Part shown: positions 34,427 through 46,188 of the stretch, one piece after another
Position numbering within the stretch: the first letter of the stretch is position 1
Layout of the letters: every line of letters begins with the position of its first letter
Assembly: GCA_029717555.1 (NCBI GenBank)
Contig: JAMDHS010000115.1
Location: 1 to 57,450, forward strand
Source: Peribolospora baueri
Taxonomy: Eukaryota
Direction: 5' to 3'
Length of the DNA stretch: 57,450 bases
Notes under the pieces: model-generated
Seen by the model: only the letters and a program-made list of their open reading frames with translations
Told to the model about the DNA's origin: nothing
Database searches by the model: none
Translations under genes and position numbers: made by a program

Positions 34427-37400
34427 CTAGATGAGCTTCGACGAGTCAGTCCAGAGTTGGACGGGGTTGTTGTAATTCTCAAACGAGTAGGACAGGTGCA
34501 AGTCCGCCGGGTCCCAGGCGTAGGCTGGCCGCGGGCGGGGCGAGGCGAGAGAGGAGGATGACGTGAGTGGCGAGCCCGCGTATCCGGAGGAAATCGGCTA
34601 ACTCTCCCCATAACTCACCGATAGGCGTATTCTTCTGCTTGTAGCTGTAAGCGTTCCTCCAGTTGACCCTGAGCGTTGGGGATGAGAAGGAAGACAAGAG
34701 GGTTAGGGAAAGGGAGTCTAGATAGGGAAGAAAAGAGCGCCGCTGATCGCTCTCGCTTACCTCATATTCGCATTCACAAACAGAGCAGGAGGGGCGAGAG
34801 TGTTCTGTAGATGGGGGCCACCCGATGGAATAGGAAGAAGGTCAGACCACCTCGAGGCGCATCTAAATTGAGCCGAGCCGAGCCGAGCCAAGCCAAACCG
34901 GAGCCATAAACCGCTCACGTTCTCCACACCGGCGGTGAGGGCCTCTGACCGCATGTCAGCGTACTCGAGCACCTGATTTCCGCCCATGCCCTTGTACTGG
35001 ATGGGCAGGCCAGTCTTGCCTCCGTAGACGACAATCTTGGTACCGAAGCGTTCGTGCATGAGACTGCGAGAAATGCGGACGATGGATGAACCATAGCTGA
35101 TCAGCGAAGCGACGGTACCGCTCTCCATGTCCGTGTCTGCGCTCGCGGTTCAACTCACGTAGTGAAGAGCGCGCAGGTGGAAGCGCAGAGGCCATTTCCG
35201 ACGATGACGATCTTGTCGAGCGGGATGAGTGGCTTGGAAGGGGGTTGTGCGGCGTAGGGCTGACATTCGTCTCCGAAGAGTTGGCTAAAGACGTCGTGGC
35301 GGCCGTTGATAGTTTCGTTCACCATTGGCTCGATGCTGGGGAACGAAGAATGGAGAGGGAGGGGGGGGGCGTCCCACCGAACTCATGAGCTCATGTCAAG
35401 CCAAGGTGAGGGAATGCAACAAGGCGCAAGAGGGAACGCACTATCCGTCGATGGTGGTGTTTGAGAACTGCTTGTACGTCTTGACGGAGATCCAGTCGTC
35501 GGGGGAGTAAAAAGCGTAGTAGATGTCCTTCTTGACGTCTTGCTCGACGATGTCGATCGCCAGCGGGGTGTCGCGGAGTGCTGTACAGGAGGGCCAAGGG
35601 GTGAGGGGGGGAGGGAAGAAGACGAGTGGTGGACGCACGCCCGAGTTCAGATGAGTCAAACCGAACGACGGTGGGAGCTAGCTCACCGGATTGGAAGCCG
35701 GGAAAGTTGAGACCCATGCCGCCTAGGACAGCGACCATGAAATTGCCGAGGCAGACGTAGCCGCCGCCGTTGTTAGAGCTGAGGACGGCGGCGAAAGGCG
35801 ACGGGGGAGGAAGAGGAAGGTGATAAGCCGGCCATCCCAATCAACTGGACGTAACGAGCGACACGCACACGTCCACGACGAGCTTCTTTGCGCCCTTGTT
35901 GGCAAGAGTGGTGACGCCGTTGACGAGATTGATTTGGAACTGATTGTAGTCCGTCGGTTCGAAGGATCCGACCATTATGACGCCTGTGAATGTCGACGAA
36001 GGGCGATATGAGAAGGAAGAAACAAAAAAAAACGAAAAGGAAGGTAAGGAAACGCGTCGAGCGAGACGAGAACCCGGCTCCCTCGTTGCCGCAGACCCCG
36101 CCCAAGACTGACCAGTGACATTATCAGGAAGTATATAAAACTCAAGGATATCGCCGCCGGCAAGGAGCGGCAAGGCGGGGGTCAAGGTAGTCGGTGGGGG
36201 CGCAACCTTAACAACGCCGTGTCCCTCTCGTAAGCTAACTTGCTTCGCGATAGCCCTCTTCCCGTCCACAAGACCGGGTTCGGATTGGTTGCTTCCGGTT
36301 TGCGGCGTGTAAGGTTGGCCGTTGCTCGTGTTGGTGGCGGCGCAGTTGTTGGCCCAGTAAGAGGCCTTGTCGGTGAACTTTTGGCCGACGAGTTGGGCGT
36401 AGAAGGGGACATCGAGGGTGATGAGGTGGGCGGCGGAGGAGTTGGAGTTGGTAACGGAGGTGGAGGTGGAGTTGGCAATGATGGGCGGGGCGAGAGTGAT
36501 GTTGACGCTCGTTTCGGTGGGGAAGACGCGCGCGGCGAACTGGAGAGCGATGGACGGGGCCGAACGAGGGGCAGAGATGATCAAGGTGAGCGAGACGACG
36601 AGCGGGACAAGCAAGGTCCATGCGCATAGACGGACCGATGCGACTCACGTCTCCAAACCGCTGGCCCCATTTGCCTCCGTTGCGGAGGCGGTAAGTGGAG
36701 TACACGCTTCCGCGGCGGATCTCAGGGTCGAGCCAAACGCCAGTCTGTGTGTTGGCGATAAACTCTACGTACTGGTCTATGGGCTGCCCCGCAGCAGCTA
36801 TGACCTGCCAACCTGCGTATTTCCTCGGGTCGATGCCTTGGTCGAGGTAGTGCTGGAGGAAACTGCCGTCGAGAGTGGCGAGGACCTCTGCGACGTCCGG
36901 GGCGACGTAGGAGACGTCGTTGATGGAGACGATGGGGAAGGGGATCAGGTTCTCGAAGACGGACCAGTAGCAGTTGAGCTCGGCAAAGGTGTGGCCGTCG
37001 TTGTAGCCCGAGTTGATGCTGTTGAAGAGGTCAAAGTTGAAGTCAAAGTCGGTGGCGTACTCGGTCTTGCTGATCCGGTCAAGCTCCTTAACGCGGTCGT
37101 AGCTGCGGGAGAAGGGGCGAGTGAGCTTGTCGAGTCGGACGGACGGACGGACGCCGGCTCGGCTCACCTCTGGTGGAACTCGGGAGCGTTGAGAGCATAG
37201 TATTCGAGCGTATAGAGGTTGAGCGCCTTGGACACGCCGTCGACGAGCTAGATGAGGACGAGGGGCGGTGAGCTCAACAACAAGTTCTAGCTCGCCTGGC
37301 CCGGCCCTCGCGCTCACGTTGGCCCTGAGCGTCTCGTTGAAAGCGAAGCTCTTCATGCACGCGAGCGCGTCGGCGGGCTTGGCCCCTGTGAGACGAGGAC

Positions 37401-37703
37401 TGTGGTCAGTCGCTCGCTCGCCCGAAGGACAAAGAGGGAGGCCAAGGCTCAGGATACAGGGCGGAGACGCTCACAGATCTTTCCGCCGATGGCAGCGCAC
37501 GGGTCTGACGAGGAGGCTCTGTCGACGAGGTCAGCGTGAGGGCGAACATGGACACGGCGGTGTCGGTGATCCGGAGTGCCGAACTCCCTGCGCCGGAGGC
37601 CGTGTGTGCCGGGTTGGAGAGAGGCGGAGGCGAAGGGAGCGACGAGGGCGAGGGCGAGGGAGGCGAAAAGAGCGTGGAGGGTGAAGGAGCGTGTGAGCCG
37701 CAT
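34427..37703 (-). CDS. Secreted fungal peptidase S41 family protein, many exons
   Basis: Signal peptide MRLTRSFTLHALFASLALALVA; DPCAAIGG; YATDFDFN...NDGHT; GVIMVGSF; KLVVDVSNNGGGYVCLG; IVGNGLCASTCA (S41 catalytic Ser context); KIVVYGG; GGNQVL; ends NYNNPVQLWTDSSKLI* at 34427. Confidence 0.85.
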
Positions 37704-38454
37704 GGTTGCGGGCTGGTGTGGGGGAAGGAGGGGGCAGAGGGAACCGGGTAGGAGGAGCGAAGGGGGGAGCGAGAGGACGAGAAGGACGATGCTGAGGATC
37801 GGCTATAAAGGCGAAGAAGGGACGACGACGGGCTTATCAGCGAAGCACCATAACGCCGCCGGCGGTGGTCTTGTCGTACGGCGTGCACTGCAACTGCAAC
37901 TGAAACTGCAGCTTAGGCCGGCTAGGCCAGGCGGACGCAACGGCAACGGGCGATCAGCGGGTGTTCCATCTCCTCCTCCGTCCTCCAAGCTGTTCGTTTG
38001 CACGCTCGGAGGGCCATGGAGGAGCGAGGCGGCGAGAGAAAGAAGCAAGGCCGATGGATGGAGCAAGCGACGGATATGCATGACTGACTGACTACGTCCT
38101 TACGGTCGTTGGTGGCAGAGTAGCGCATAGCATAGTCACATCACATACATGCACGCGTATGTATGCTCGCACGCACCGGACTCGCAACAAGTCCGCGGGT
38201 GGCGGCGACGACGGGCGCAAAGGTACGGGTACGGCAGCGGGGCGAGCGGGCGCCTGTGGAGCACACACAGCACGGCATGAAGGGCCAGCCGGAGAAGTAG
38301 GAGAGAAAAAGAGAAGTAAAGTAGGCACGGCCGGACGATGTACGTACGATGTATGCAAGCTTCCGCTCTCCGCCCGCTGCGCCCTGAAGATCCCCCGGCG
38401 CGGCCGTCGGCTCGGCGGAGACGGACTGGGACAGGCCGACGAGGTAGATCATTA

Positions 38455-38490
38455 AATAGCAATAGCAATAGCAATAGCAATAGCAATAGC
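38455..38490. repeat. (AATAGC)6 microsatellite in a divergent intergenic region
   Basis: Six perfect copies seen directly. Confidence 0.95.
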
Positions 38491-39459
38491 ATTATTAGCC
38501 AGATACATACACGCCGGTGATGGCGCACGTGATGCGACCAGACGTCGGATGGAAGGAAACGCGGCCCGGAGGAGATAAGAGGGACCGGACCTTCTACAAG
38601 TGTATCTGCCGTATGCCCGGTGTCGTGCGATCCGACGCCCGAATTCGGTCTCCCTCCCTCCGAGCAAGACCGGCTCGCACGACATTTTCATGTGCGCATG
38701 ACGTCGAGGATGGAGACGAAGCGAGGAGCGAACTGGAGAGACGAGCGAACGAACGTGGCGAGGACGAGCGTGGAAGGGCATCAATCACATCAGGGCCTCA
38801 GCGCTCCCCGAAGCGACCAGCCCCGACCGCGCCCGTTTACATAGAGGAGGACGGTAAGAAGAGAGCAAAGAAGCAACGAAGAAGATCATTTGCACACTCG
38901 TTTGTACACTCGCAGGATGGCATTGTCAGCAGGTCCATAGTGCGTGGCAAGCTCGCGCTTCATAGCGAGCTGACACTGCGTGGTACGCCCCTGGCCGTCC
39001 CCGCCTGGATCGACTGACTCCTCTCCCATGATGCCGAGAAGGATCATAGCAAAAAGGCCACCATTCGTCGTTCAAAACTGTTTCGCGCCTCTTGTCCGGG
39101 TTTAGAGCCAGCCACCTGTGAAGCTGACGAGTAGGACCCTGGCACAATCGCACGGCCAATCGAGTCAGGCACCGTTGTGGCTGCTTTCTTTGCGCAGGCA
39201 GACGTACCTCAAAGGTCGCCTGTGAGTCCCTAATAACTTGCCCAGGTCCGTAAGGAGCGGGCTCTCCAAGTCACCAACGCGCCGTTCGTGGGCTAGCTCG
39301 GCCAAGATCGTCCGTCCGTCCGTCCACCAAGATCGTCGGGCGTCCCGACAAGCGGCAGCAGTTTTGCTCCCGCGCGTCGTCGGCGGGTCGATCTGGGTGG
39401 GAGTCGGCTGTCATCGCCACCTCAGCCTACGAGACGAGGACGAGGTGGAAGGAGAGACT

Positions 39460-39471
39460 GTATATATTTAA
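39460..39471 (+). promoter_or_regulatory. Putative TATA box for the 39726 gene
   Basis: TATATATTTAA in otherwise GC-rich DNA, about 260 bp upstream of the ATG. Confidence 0.45.
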
Positions 39472-39725
39472 GGAAGGCACAGAGTTGAGTCGCTCCAATC
39501 TGAGGCGGAACGAGTGGCAAGGAGGAGAAAGGAGGTGCTTGGCGAAGGATGGCGAGGACGGGTCCGAACAAAGCCGACGACCGCACCGCCCATCCATCTC
39601 CTCTCCTCGCCGCCGCCTCCCCATCTCTCTTCCACGCCATCCCCTTCTCGGCTCGCCTGTAGCCATCACCGCCGTCCCTACCCTCCTATACCCCTTCCCT
39701 TCTTCCACCCCGCCCACACGCCCAG

Positions 39726-40784
39726 ATGACCCGTCACGCCGCGTCCCGTGCCCTCTCCCTCTCCCTCCTCCTCCTCCTCCTCACTTGCTCGCCCTTGGGC
39801 GGCGGCAGCTTCGCGGCAGCACAGACGGTCACGACCACAGATGGCAATGGAAATACAATCGTCGAGAATGTCACGCTCGACCCAAATGGATTGCCTACTA
39901 CCAGTACCATGTGCGTGTTGTGCCGTGAGGAGGCGGGGAAGAAGCCGGACCGGTCCTCTGCCAGTCGCTCTCTTCGCCCGAATCCTCACCTAGCTCTCCT
40001 TCCTTCATCTCCGCGTCCGCCCTTGTCCGCATTGCGTACCCTAGCTCGACCGTAACAGCGGCACCCGGCGTGGCGGCTACTACTACTACTACGACGCCAG
40101 CCGTCGTCACGCCCACCACCATCACCACTCCAGACCAGCAAGGCGGCGGGGTGAGTAGGCGTGGCAAGCGCCAGCGGCTGCCTCGTCCGCCCATCTCATC
40201 CTCGTCTCCCTTTCCATCCTCTTCCCATCCATCTCCTTCACCCCTCTTCGACAGGGTCTCGGAGGCAACGGCGTCAACAACCCGGGCCCCGTGACGAATG
40301 CCGGTCCCGGGAACACGGGCGAGATCATCACGATCAAGATGACCGGCCAGACCAGTATCATTACGCCCACGTGAGTATTTCTTCCTTCTTCTTGCGCTCT
40401 CTTTTTCCATTGGCGAGGGTCATGGGCAACGGCACATGCGGGTCCCGCCATAAGAGGGGGACCTCGAAGAGAAATTGGAGTGAAACTCTGGTTCAATCTT
40501 CGCCGGAGAACACCGGCCGTCTTCGCGGGCCGATCATTAACGAGATGACCTCTCGCTCCACTTCTCCCCCCATCTTCGCCAGTTTCTCTCCTACCCTCGT
40601 CCTCTCCAACCCTCCGGCGGGCACGATCTACACCAACGCGCTACCCAGCCTAAGCCAGAGTAGCAGCAACTCTGCCGCCCGTCGACGTGGCGGTGGTGAG
40701 ACGGCGGGCGGCGTCGCTTGGATAGCGTTGGTGGTCGCGATGGTCGCTGGCATCGCTGGTGGAGGGGTCTGCGTTGCGGCTTGA
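39726..40784 (+). CDS. Small Thr-rich secreted / GPI-anchored-like surface protein (4 exons)
   Basis: Signal peptide (SLSLLLLLLTCS...AAA-QT). Spliced QTVTTTDGNGNTIVENVTLDPNGLPTTSTI...TTPDQQGGG...IITPT|FSPTLVLSNPPAGTIY...NSAARRR, then hydrophobic C-terminus WIALVVAMVAGIAGGGVCVAA. Confidence 0.75.
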
Positions 40785-41554
40785 ATAGGCGACTGGGGGC
40801 GGTTGCCGGTGGGTCCGACGCCCACCGTTGCTCCATGCGCTGCGACTGTCTCCCAGCGATCCGTCTCGCACAGTCGACCTTTCAACGCTCATCACCGTCT
40901 TTCCTCCTTGAGCCGTCCTCCGGTGGCGCGAACGCACACACGCACGAAAAACGAACGACAGCGTGGACGTATCTTTCACGACTCGCAACGACGCTTGTAG
41001 CATCTTCGATTCCCCTTGTCCCGTCCGTCTGTCTCTTTTCCACTCTCCTCCCTGGCCCATTTTCGTCTTCGGTTCCATTGGATTCCATCATTACACACTT
41101 TTTGAACATTCGGACATTTCCCCTTGGTCAAAGATAAGATTTCCCCCCTTCTTCCCTATTCGCTTTTTACCATTTCCCCTTTGCGAAACCCCTTTCGGGC
41201 CGCTGGTGCCGTTCGCCCGTGTTCTTTTATTTTTTTTACTCCCTTCGTCAAAGTCTTGATACGTCGATACGGTGGATCTGAATTCGAATGGACTGCGCCC
41301 AGGACGATTATTTGTCCTCCGGTCCGGTCCCTGTCCCTCTCTTTCCTGCGTGCCATCCCTTTTTTGCTCTCCGTTGTCACGGCCGGTGGGGTGGAGAAGG
41401 GTCGAAGGCGATGAGGTGGCTGCGAGCGAGTGCGCGGCGCGGACAGGTCATCGAGCTCTTGCGCGATAGTCATATGCTACATGAGCGGTTCAATGTAGAT
41501 CCGAGAAGGAAAGCGCAGCGCTACACTTTTTTGTGCCTACGTGTACGCGTACGT

Positions 41555-42098
41555 CTACGCCGTGCTGAGGAGGCGCGAGAGGTCGTCGGCCGCCGCGTTG
41601 ATGTCCACCGGAGGTGGGGGCGGGTTGGAGCGGGGAGGCTGATCGGACGGAGGGGCGGAAGGAGGAAGGGCCAAAGGGCAAGGAAGAGAAGGGAGGTGAC
41701 GAGGATGCGAACATGTCAGTTATGAGACAGGTACGAGGCGAGATGGACAAAGAGGCAGGGCCCGTCTCGCCGGTCCATGGTCTGTGCGCAGAACTGGCCA
41801 ACACCCAACCCGACCGACACCTGGGACGCACCTTGCTCGCCACCATCTCCCTTACCACCGCCTCCTCCTCCTCGCCGTCCAACCGTTCGCGCATGGTCCT
41901 TGCCGCGCGGTTGTTCCTCTCCCTCTCCTTCTTGCTCTTGCTCGCCGAAGCACCGCTGACCTTGACCTTGGCCTTGGCGTCGGCCGACCGGGCTGATGAT
42001 CGGACAGCCCTGGCCTTGGCGTGGGCGTCTGCGCTCGATCGCGGTCGCCCGTGCTTGTGCATGTGCTGCCTCTTCGCTGTCTGCCCCTGCTTCGGCAT
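41555..42098 (-). CDS. Small basic hypothetical protein (about 116 aa, 2 exons)
   Basis: ATG 42098 MPKQGQTAKRQHMHKHGRP...VASK; intron 41831..41639 (GTGCGT...CTGAC...CAG); exon 2 PPRSNPPPPPVDINAAADDLSRLLSTA*. Confidence 0.65.
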
Positions 42099-42617
42099 GG
42101 CGGGGTGGGCGTCTTCCTGGAGGGACGCGGATGGGCGAGATGGATCTTGTCCGGCGGGTCGAAGAAGACAGGAAGGAGTGCGCGGCTTGGCTTCGCCGAA
42201 GCGTCGCCGCAGCGTAGGATCGACCGTTCGTTTTTTTTCCTAATGATCGCAAGTTATAAGTATAAGAATACTTGGCCGAACGTGTACACGAGTAACTACC
42301 CAGCGTCCTTAACAGCGAGTTTCAAATCAGATTAGAAAATCGGCCGCTCTTCAGCCCACCGCCCGATCGCCCCGATGTCCGTCGACAAAGCAACATCGCA
42401 CCTTGCCCTTTACCCACCACCGCCGCCTCTCGGAGCACTCCTTTCCCAAACTTGCGCCCCGTTCATATTCTCTCTTCCCTCGTATCACTCTCCCTCTTAG
42501 CTCTGCCTCCCAGCGAACCCCGACCAGGGTCGAGCACCAGCGCCCCGACCCGACTCCATCTGCCTCAAAAGTCCGAAACAAGAACGCACGCCCATCTCTC
42601 ACCACCACCCTGCCAAC

Positions 42618-43605
42618 ATGCGCATCTTGCTTACACCTGCTCTCCTCGCCCTCCTGCTTGCCCTCTCATCCGCCTGCCTCATACAAGGCGTCCATGCTCG
42701 CGACTCCCTGCACGACGCTGCTGAGAACGCCGCGTGAGTGCCGTCTCTCTGCCTTTGTCGTTCGTCTGTCCGTTCGTCTTGGGTCGAGTTCCGTCGAGAG
42801 GAGCTGGCGTTGCGTCGCGTGGCTTTATTAGGACGTCGGCGCCGTATCGTATCTTAATTAGCGCATATTGCTGTTGGTCGGGTCGCGCGAAGACGGTGGA
42901 GAGGGGTCTCTGAGGAGGACGGCGACGGAGCGAGGGAGGAGGCGGAACAGAGCTCTGCGGAGAGGGGAAGCTAGGTGTCCTGGGAAAGGGTGCCGGGGGC
43001 TGGATGGAAAGGGGCTCGTACTCGCCCGTCCATCTGACCAGCGTTCGCTTATGTCTCTTCTTCGTCCATTTCCACTCTCCCCTGCCCCTACTAGCGCCCG
43101 GCACCTCAGCTTGCTCGCCCGCCAAGCAGCTCCCGGAGGCGGCGGCGGTAACGCCAACGCGAACCCGACGACGACGCCGACCACAAGCCCCACTACTTAT
43201 TACGTGAGTGTTGCATTACGTTGCCGTGGTCGACGTACGATAGCGCAAGGTCGTCGAGGTGTCCGTCGGGAGACCCTTGCTGGCTCGCTCTTCGCCAGCA
43301 CCGGACGTCATCACTCGACTCCATTGCGTGCATGTCATTCTCATCCAAGCCTTTTTATGTTCTCACCCCAGGTCGGCGGCGTTCTGACGACCCTTAACCC
43401 GACGACGCCTCCCACGACCATCCCCCCCGAGCCCCCGGCTGGCAGCATTATCCCCGCCTCCGTCATCCAAGCCGTCACCTCCACGGCCAAGAACTCCGCT
43501 CCGAGGGGAGCCGCCGGCGGTGTGAATCTCGGAGAGTACACTTTGCTCGCCGGGACCTTCGTCGCCGCCGTCGCCGGCGTCCTCGGTGGTGCTGCATTGG
43601 TCTGA
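42618..43605 (+). CDS. Small Thr/Pro-rich secreted / GPI-anchored-like protein (3 exons)
   Basis: Signal peptide MRILLTPALLALLLALSSAC; introns 42734-43094 and 43204-43371; TTTPTTSPTTYY|VGGVLTTLNPTTPPTTIPPEPPAGSII...KNSAPR, then hydrophobic tail LLAGTFVAAVAGVLGGAALV. Confidence 0.75.
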
Positions 43606-44326
43606 GCTGTGCCGCCGCTGCGCTTCGAGATGATGGATAAGACGTGTCGGATCCAGACATGGTTCGCTCGCGTGGAAGCTCGTTTAGACGGAGACGAGAC
43701 CTAGGCGGAGCGGGGATGGAGATGGAATGGACGACAGTGGGCGGGACGGACAAGACCGGGCCTCTTCCCATCTCTCCTTATCGTCTCCTCTCTCTCGCCG
43801 CCATGCCAGGGTTGTTTGTTTGTCGGATGTATACCTCGCCTGTCGCTCCCTTTCCTTGCTTTCCCCTTCGTCTACCCTCCGACGTCTTCCCTTCGACGTC
43901 GACGTCGACATCGACAACCCGTCCGAGCTAAACGAGATCGAAGTTGGGGCCATCTACTTCTTTCTTCTTTTAAACCTCTCTTCCCTCGCTCGAACATCCT
44001 TCCCTTCATTTCCACCCGGTCCACCCTCCGTCGCTATTCACCCTCCTTATCCACTGCCTGCCTGCCTGCCTGCCTGCCTACCTGTCCCGCTTTCCTTCTT
44101 TCTCTCCACATTCCCATCTCAGCTTTTTCCTTCCCCGCAACACCTTCTCGCCTCTTGCGTCGCACCGAACGCTCATGCTTTTAGCTCGGAAAGCAGATCT
44201 CATCGACCTATCTTCGTGCGCTCTGAGACGCTGTGTGTTCGCCCGCCGATGATTTGATCGGACGAGCCGCACGCAAAGCAGACAGGCCCAGCCAGGCGTT
44301 CGCCTCAGACATCATGTGAACGCGCT

Positions 44327-45402
44327 CTACGTTGCCCCACGAGCGACGCCGCCGGCGATACATCCCCCTTCCTCCCGGTGTGCTTCCAGGCACTCCGAGC
44401 CACACGTCCGTGAGCCACACTTGGTGCACCGCACGGTGCCCCAGTAGCCGCAAACGGAGCAGAAGCGCCGAGGAGCGCAAAACGTGGGTGGTCCGACGGC
44501 GGCGGTCAGATAATTTGGGCCGTTGTCCAAAGAGAGGTTCTACGATCGGCGTTGCGGACAGAGAAGGTTCAGTATCGTAACGGATAAGGAGACGGACTCA
44601 GAGACGAGCGACCGCATATCAGTCCGACTCACTGCCTCTTCCAACCACGTCATAAACCCTTTCCTGTACAAGATCAGATTGCGCACGTTCGCGGACTGCT
44701 TTCGCTTCCCCGTCCCCGCGCCGCCTTTACCTCTCCCCGCCGCCCCCGCCGCGCCGCTCGCTCCCCCGCCTGGAGTGCCCGTGCCCGAGCCGCCTCGACT
44801 TTTCGCCCTAGACGGGCCCGCGTCAGCGCCAGAACTGGATGGCTGACCAGCGGCAAGGATACCGGCGACTGAGGGGTCGAAACGGTCGTTCGAGTCAATA
44901 TCGCCCAGGCCGGATGAGGCGGAGAGCGAGGAGAGCGAAAAGGTCGGCTCGTGGTAATTGGTTCGCTGTGAAGGAGGCCGAGAAATCAACCGAATGACAA
45001 TAAAGGATGTGAAATGAAGGATTGGGAAGAAATGAAGACGAGTGAGGACCTTATGTCCCCTGCCCATCCGCTCCACTCTCGGACGCAATGCGCAAGGAAA
45101 AGGAGAGGCAGAGAGTAATGACGCGCGCTTCTGCGCTCACCTCGAGTTCATCAAGATGTCTCTTCGTCCGCCTCCGCTGCGCCTCCGAGTCAAAGACGTA
45201 AGTGGAAGTCGAGGAACGTGCGGCTGTGTGCAGTGCGCGGAAAGACGAAGGAGATGGGTAGGAGCAGACGGGAGGATGAAGGTGGATACAAGTGCGGTCG
45301 GTGGTGAGCTCGGTCTGCGCGCGCTCAAAGTGGACCGACCTCTACACTGTGGCGACGTTCGCTCGCTCACGCACGTTGTTTCCTATCTGCCTTCCTCGAC
45401 AT
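44327..45402 (-). CDS. VPS71: SWR1-complex subunit Vps71/Swc6 (ZNHIT1), HIT-type zinc finger, 4 exons
   Basis: Spliced MSRKADRKQP...RRRTKRHLDELERTNYHEP...NVRNLILYRKGFMTWLEEA...PNYLTAAVGP...PRRFCSVCGYWGTVRCTKCGSRTCGSECLEAH. Confidence 0.88.
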
Positions 45403-45627
45403 GGCGTTTTTCAGCTCGGCCAGGACATGGTGATGGTGGAAAGGAAAGACCTTGCATCATGCTGGCCGTGCTACATTTGACCCACTTGACCTCGAATCGC
45501 CCACGTGATCGGATCGTTGTCGCGGAAAAGGCCACATCAAGGAAGGATTGATGCCATGAACAAGTTCAAATTGCACTTCACTCTAGGGTTCAAGATGCAG
45601 ACGCAGATGTACAAGTCCATAGTTCAC

Positions 45628-46116
45628 AGAGAGAGGGGTGACTGGATATAAGAGCGAGGTGGGGATCTTTGCCCATCCGCGCGGGCCGTATACGAAGTTC
45701 AATCAGCGCTCGAGCAGGGAGACGGACGGTATAGAGGAAGGTATAGACAAAGGTATAGAAGAAGGTGTAGAGGAAAGTATTGAAGGTGTAGAGGAAGGTA
45801 TAGAGGAAGGAGAGCGCCCCAAGCACGTCCGAGGAGAAACAAAACGGTTCAACCCTAGTGCAGAGAGAGAGGGGTGATTGGATATAAGAGCGCGGTGGGG
45901 ATCTTTGCCCATTTGCGCGGGCCGGATTCAAAGTTCAGTCAGCGCTACGAGCAGGGAAGCGGACAGTATAGAGGAAGGTATAGACAAAGGTATAGAAGGT
46001 GTAGACGAAGGGAAGGTATAGATGAAAGAGGAAGGTGTAGAGGAAGGTGTAGAGGAAGGTGTAGAGAAGGTTTAGAGGAAGGAGAGCGCCCAAGCACGTC
46101 CGAGGAGAAACAAAAC
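45628..46116. repeat. Two imperfect direct repeats (236-bp offset), each containing a 12-bp GGTRTAGAGGAA minisatellite
   Basis: Units 45628-45845 and 45864-46116 both start agagagaggggtgaYtggatataagagcg and end gcacgtccgaggagaaacaaaac. Confidence 0.92.
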
Positions 46117-46188
46117 AAAACAAGATAACAAGAAGTGAGAAGCAAACAAAACAACACAACATACCAAGAAAGAGCGCCACTGCAGAAA

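Noticed and set aside
45840..45860. CTAG|T as a Helitron 3' end
   Set aside because: There is no convincing GC-rich subterminal hairpin at the expected spacing, and no Rep/helicase remnant.
45720..46085. Short repeated GGTRTAGAGGAA units as a CRISPR-like array
   Set aside because: The units are adjacent and degenerate with no unique spacers, the context is eukaryotic, and there are no cas genes. It is a minisatellite.
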